This document shows positions 7,482 through 10,038 of a stretch of 10,038 nucleotides of DNA, in pieces. This DNA comes from Candidatus Tenderia sp. (GTDB lineage: Bacteria > Pseudomonadota > Gammaproteobacteria > Tenderiales > Tenderiaceae). Below the pieces are notes generated by a model, which was not told the origin of the DNA, made no database searches, and saw only the letters and a program-made list of their open reading frames with translations. The position numbers were made by a program, and so were the translations under genes. The stretch is from the NCBI GenBank assembly GCA_031416075.1, contig JANOSY010000064.1, positions 1-10,038 of the forward strand. The letters run 5' to 3'. Numbering within the stretch: position 1 is the stretch's first letter; each line of letters begins with the position of its first letter.

Positions 7482-7498
7482 TCCATTACCTGTTAGGC
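7478..7498 (+). other. attI-like recombination site (R box GTTAGGC at 7492-7498)
   Basis: The GTTRRRY core is exactly complementary to the R'' box GCCTAAC (8280-8286) that closes cassette 1. No attC-type R''/L'' arm is visible upstream, so it reads as the array head. Confidence 0.55.
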
Positions 7499-7514
7499 GA
7501 TTATGGAGGAGCTT

Positions 7515-8255
7515 ATGACCGAGTACTCCGAGCAGATTCAAAAAACATATCGCGTCATGGAAACCGAGGAATTACTCGGTCGTATTAAAGCAGGAACACT
7601 CACAGAGGAAGCACATGCGCTTGCGCTTGGAGAGATTAAGGCACGTGGCATATCTACCGCTGAGCTGTCAATCAATCCGTCTCCCCCTCTCGCAAATGAC
7701 AAGCATCCTGAACATGAGGCTTTGTGGGAGCTAACCCGTTGTATGAATCAAATTACTACCAATCAGACGCTTGATATTCACGGGACGATAAACAGTTACA
7801 CGAAGACCGGTTGGAAGGTCGGCGGCGCCGTCGCCTTCCTGGGCCTGGGAATTCACCTTTGGGATGGTGGGGGTGTAGCTTTCCCTGTCATGTCGTTTAT
7901 CATTGGTGTGTTGTTACCTGCCAACAAGCATACTTACCTGGACTTTACTGGCCGTCAGATCGTTACCGTAAAGCACTATGCCTGGTTTGAAACATCCAAA
8001 CTCTGCTACCCTTTGACAGACTTTTGCAACATCGTGGTTCGGTATCTCTGTCACACCGATAGCGAAGGGGGGGACATATACACGGGCAGCGTCGGTCTTA
8101 AGCCTGTGGATGGGAGATCTGTGTTATGGGTGAAGGGCTTTCCCACAACCGAAGGTAAAATCCCTCGGACTGCTTACAAGTTTGCGAGGAAGTTGCAAGA
8201 GATGACGGGATTGCCGGGCGCACCCGAGGGCGAATTCAAAAGCGAGACGCAGTGA
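7515..8255 (+). CDS. Cassette 1: hypothetical membrane protein (about 246 aa)
   Basis: RBS GGAGGAG 7505-7511 favours ATG 7515 over 7503. Short helical N-terminal module, two hydrophobic segments (VGGAVAFLGLGIHLW, GVAFPVMSFIIGVLL), and a beta-rich C-terminal part. Confidence 0.8.
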   Translation: MTEYSEQIQKTYRVMETEELLGRIKAGTLTEEAHALALGEIKARGISTAELSINPSPPLANDKHPEHEALWELTRCMNQITTNQTLDIHGTINSYTKTGWKVGGAVAFLGLGIHLWDGGGVAFPVMSFIIGVLLPANKHTYLDFTGRQIVTVKHYAWFETSKLCYPLTDFCNIVVRYLCHTDSEGGDIYTGSVGLKPVDGRSVLWVKGFPTTEGKIPRTAYKFARKLQEMTGLPGAPEGEFKSETQ

Positions 8256-8279
8256 AATTGAGAGTATCACTTTGGACTG

Positions 8280-8401
8280 GCCTAACATATCGTTCAAGAA
8301 GGACACGCCTTGTCGAGGCATTTTAAGAGCATGGGTTTCGTCACGGGTGGCGCTTTGCTCCAGCTTCAGCGTTGGCGTGCCTCTTAACTCCAACGTTATG
8401 T
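8280..8401 (+). other. attC site 1 (122 bp)
   Basis: R'' GCCTAAC, 5 nt, L'' GTTCAAG (8292-8298) ... L' CTTAAC (8383-8388), 6 nt, R' GTTATGT (8395-8401). Internal pairings CACGCC/GGCGTG and GAGCA/TGCTC. Confidence 0.92.
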
Positions 8402-8426
8402 TTTCTAAATCGAAGGAGTAGGGTGG

Positions 8427-8987
8427 GTGTTTAGAGTGTGTATTGTTGTTATTACTATGGCGCTACTGTCTGGGTGCAACAATGGTGGCAGTGATGGCTC
8501 GTCGAACCCGGTCCGGTCTACCTCTGCGACGCTTACCTGTCCCAAACCCCAAGAAGGAATTGTGGGGTGTTGGGTAACGGAAAAATGTGGCCGAATGACC
8601 GGAAACGATGGAAAGACAATTGATTATTGGGGTAGTCATAGAGTGTTGTTCGCTCAAGATGGGAAAATCGAGTTCTTGAGTCAACAATTCAACAACTCCT
8701 CATGTGCTGGGCAACCTAATGGGGCCCCAGTGAACGAAATGGTTGTAGTGTCCTATGTCGAAGCACAACCAGAACAAGATGTAAGTGGTGTCGAGGCAAG
8801 CAAACTAATAGTTACTTCTACGTTTCAAGATAAACAGCCATTTGACACAGGCGTTCTCTACTTTATATCGAATAATTACCGTCTTTGTTTGTCTAGCGCT
8901 TTCAAAATTACGCATGATGCTGTTTCAATGACGGAGTCATCCAGCTCCCCCATCGATTTTGAGTCATGCTTGGTTCGCGTCGATTAA
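8427..8987 (+). CDS. Cassette 2: hypothetical cysteine-rich lipoprotein (186 aa)
   Basis: GTG start after AAGGAG; signal peptide with lipobox LSGC (Cys17); Gly/Ser linker; six further cysteines; stop abuts attC R''. Confidence 0.85.
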   Translation: MFRVCIVVITMALLSGCNNGGSDGSSNPVRSTSATLTCPKPQEGIVGCWVTEKCGRMTGNDGKTIDYWGSHRVLFAQDGKIEFLSQQFNNSSCAGQPNGAPVNEMVVVSYVEAQPEQDVSGVEASKLIVTSTFQDKQPFDTGVLYFISNNYRLCLSSAFKITHDAVSMTESSSSPIDFESCLVRVD

Positions 8988-9062
8988 ACATAACCACAGG
9001 TTCAAGTGGACCGCCATCCGCGGCGCTTCGCTTGCGCACGGCGTCCACTTAATTCGTTAGGG
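8988..9062 (+). other. attC site 2 (75 bp; shortened L'-R' spacer)
   Basis: R'' ACATAAC, 5 nt, L'' GTTCAAG (9000-9006); stem AAGTGGAC/GTCCACTT; L' CTTAAT (9048-9053), only 2 nt, R' GTTAGGG (9056-9062). Confidence 0.85.
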
Positions 9063-9068
9063 GGCTCC

Positions 9069-9356
9069 TTGATCGCCATCCTCACAATTAGCCCAACACT
9101 CATTGCGCTCACGCTAATGTGGGGGTTTGCACTTGCTGGGCGGCCAATTAGCCTTGAACAGATCGGCTGGTTACTGACATATGCACAAATCGTCTTTCTT
9201 GCAGCCGGTGTCGCTGCCACAATGCTTGCAAAACGCTCTGCACAACCAATGGCTGAGTGGCGTATTACTACAAATAAATGGGTAGGGAGAGCAATGGCAT
9301 TGTTTGGTTTGTTCTATGCAATCGCTTTCGCACTGGTTGCATACCATGCCCCCTAA
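9069..9356 (+). CDS. Cassette 3: small hypothetical membrane protein (about 95 aa, about 3 TM segments)
   Basis: The track ORF start at 9006 lies inside attC2, so the likely start is TTG 9069 after AGGGGG (or ATG 9117). The TAA stop lies within R'' CCCTAAC, as is common for cassettes. Confidence 0.7.
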   Translation: MIAILTISPTLIALTLMWGFALAGRPISLEQIGWLLTYAQIVFLAAGVAATMLAKRSAQPMAEWRITTNKWVGRAMALFGLFYAIAFALVAYHAP

Positions 9357-9405
9357 CACTGCGGTCAAGCGGAACGCGCTAAAGCGCGCCCCTTACCTTA
9401 AACGT
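9351..9405 (+). other. attC site 3, interrupted in R' (GT|T) by the group II intron
   Basis: R'' CCCTAAC, 5 nt, L'' GGTCAAG (9363-9369); CGCGCT-AA-AGCGCG hairpin tip; L' CTTACC (9392-9397), 6 nt, GT (9404-9405), then intron sequence. Confidence 0.88.
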
Positions 9406-10038
9406 GTGTGTCGGGCATGGCACGTAACTATGTCGGTGAAAGTCCGGCAGCCAGGTCTCTCGTAGAGCCGAAGGCTAGGGAAACGGCAAGGGCGTCATCG
9501 CGAGGGGCCGGGTCTGAAAGAAGCTGAACCCAAAGCAGCGGGGCGATGAACAAAAACCGGATAGTAGGCGTGGTGCATTCAGGGCGAGCGGGCACGTGAC
9601 CGCGAAGCCCTCCATCTACGATTTGTTGGATGCACTTTGTAAATTCGGCGTTCGCGCTGCGAAAGTAACGTGTCTTACCCCGGGAGATCTCCTCTGTGCG
9701 TACGCTGTAAGGCCTGCGCTGAATGTCGGGCAACCGGCATTGATCGCCAAGGAGAGGTCAGCAGAAGGCATAGTAGGGGGATGGCACCCCTGAAGGCCGG
9801 AACGATGAATGACAAAGGCGCTGAATGAAGAGGAGCGAAATCGCATCTGACAACCTGCAATCGCAGGCTGTGGCATCGCCACAGGATGAATTCGTCACTG
9901 GAAAAGACAGTCAACCCGCGTCAATTCAACCCCAAGCGATACTGGAACGCGTGTTAGAACGCGCCAACCTGAAACGCGCATTAAAACGAGTACGCCAAAA
10001 CAAAGGCGCGCCGGGCATTGACGGCATGACCGTTGATG
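9406..10038 (+). mobile_element. Group IIC intron, 5' part (ribozyme domains I-III and start of IV); truncated by window end
   Basis: 5' end GTGTGTCGGGCATGG (GUGYG consensus) and class C landmarks GGTGAAAGTCC, GCAAGGG, TCTGAAAGAAGC, CTTACCCCGGGAGATCT and GTCAGCAGAAGGCATAGTAG...GAAGGCCGGAAC, followed by an RT ORF. Confidence 0.93.
9825..10038 (+). CDS. ltrA: Group II intron reverse transcriptase/maturase, N-terminal fragment (partial; absent from ORF track)
   Basis: The frame from ATG 9825 reads MKRSEIASDNLQSQAVASPQDEFVTGKDSQPASIQPQAILERVLERANLKRALKRVRQNKGAPGIDGMTVD, the RT0 motif. The exact start codon is uncertain. Confidence 0.92.
   Translation, partial: MKRSEIASDNLQSQAVASPQDEFVTGKDSQPASIQPQAILERVLERANLKRALKRVRQNKGAPGIDGMTVD

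Larger units (their letters stand above)
7492..9405 (+). mobile_element. Integron gene-cassette array (at least 3 cassettes), no intI in window
   Basis: Each cassette starts with a core site complementary to its own closing inverse core: GTTAGGC 7492 / GCCTAAC 8280; GTTATGT 8395 / ACATAAC 8988; GTTAGGG 9056 / CCCTAAC 9351. One ORF per cassette, same orientation, lower GC. Confidence 0.93.

Noticed and set aside
7296-7541. 66-aa ORFs on either strand as real genes or an intI remnant
   Set aside because: They run through the promoter, inverted repeat and core site, and show no tyrosine recombinase motifs.
7729-7745. AGCTAAC followed by an in-frame ATG inside cassette 1, suggesting two fused cassettes
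   Set aside because: No L box or hairpin follows, and the cassette's opening GTTAGGC matches GCCTAAC at 8280 rather than this heptamer.
8280-9405. Repeated hairpins as a CRISPR array or REP elements
   Set aside because: They are not identical repeats, are separated by whole genes, and carry the R''/L''/L'/R' layout of attC sites.
9428-9914. Short ORFs within the intron 5' region
   Set aside because: They overlap ribozyme domains I-III; the real ORF is the RT frame from about 9825.

Overview
GC-rich, probably proteobacterial chromosome segment with mobile DNA at both ends. Bases 1-137 look like the right end of an IS1111-group (IS110 family) insertion sequence, including part of its 3' non-coding guide (bridge/seek) RNA. 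On the minus strand are a small zf-TFIIB-type zinc-ribbon gene and uppP. A sigma70 promoter and a SAM-II riboswitch with a terminator-type expression platform lead into a tightly coupled run: metZ, TPR/glycosyltransferase A, a MOFRL glycerate kinase, and TPR/glycosyltransferase B, which is split by one in-frame TAG. From about 7340 the DNA becomes AT-richer and holds an integron cassette array with no integrase gene in view. The array has a candidate Pc promoter and attI-like site, three cassettes of unknown function and three attC sites. The third attC is interrupted in its R' core site, on the top strand, by a group IIC intron whose reverse transcriptase ORF runs off the window. All calls are by eye; no searches were run.
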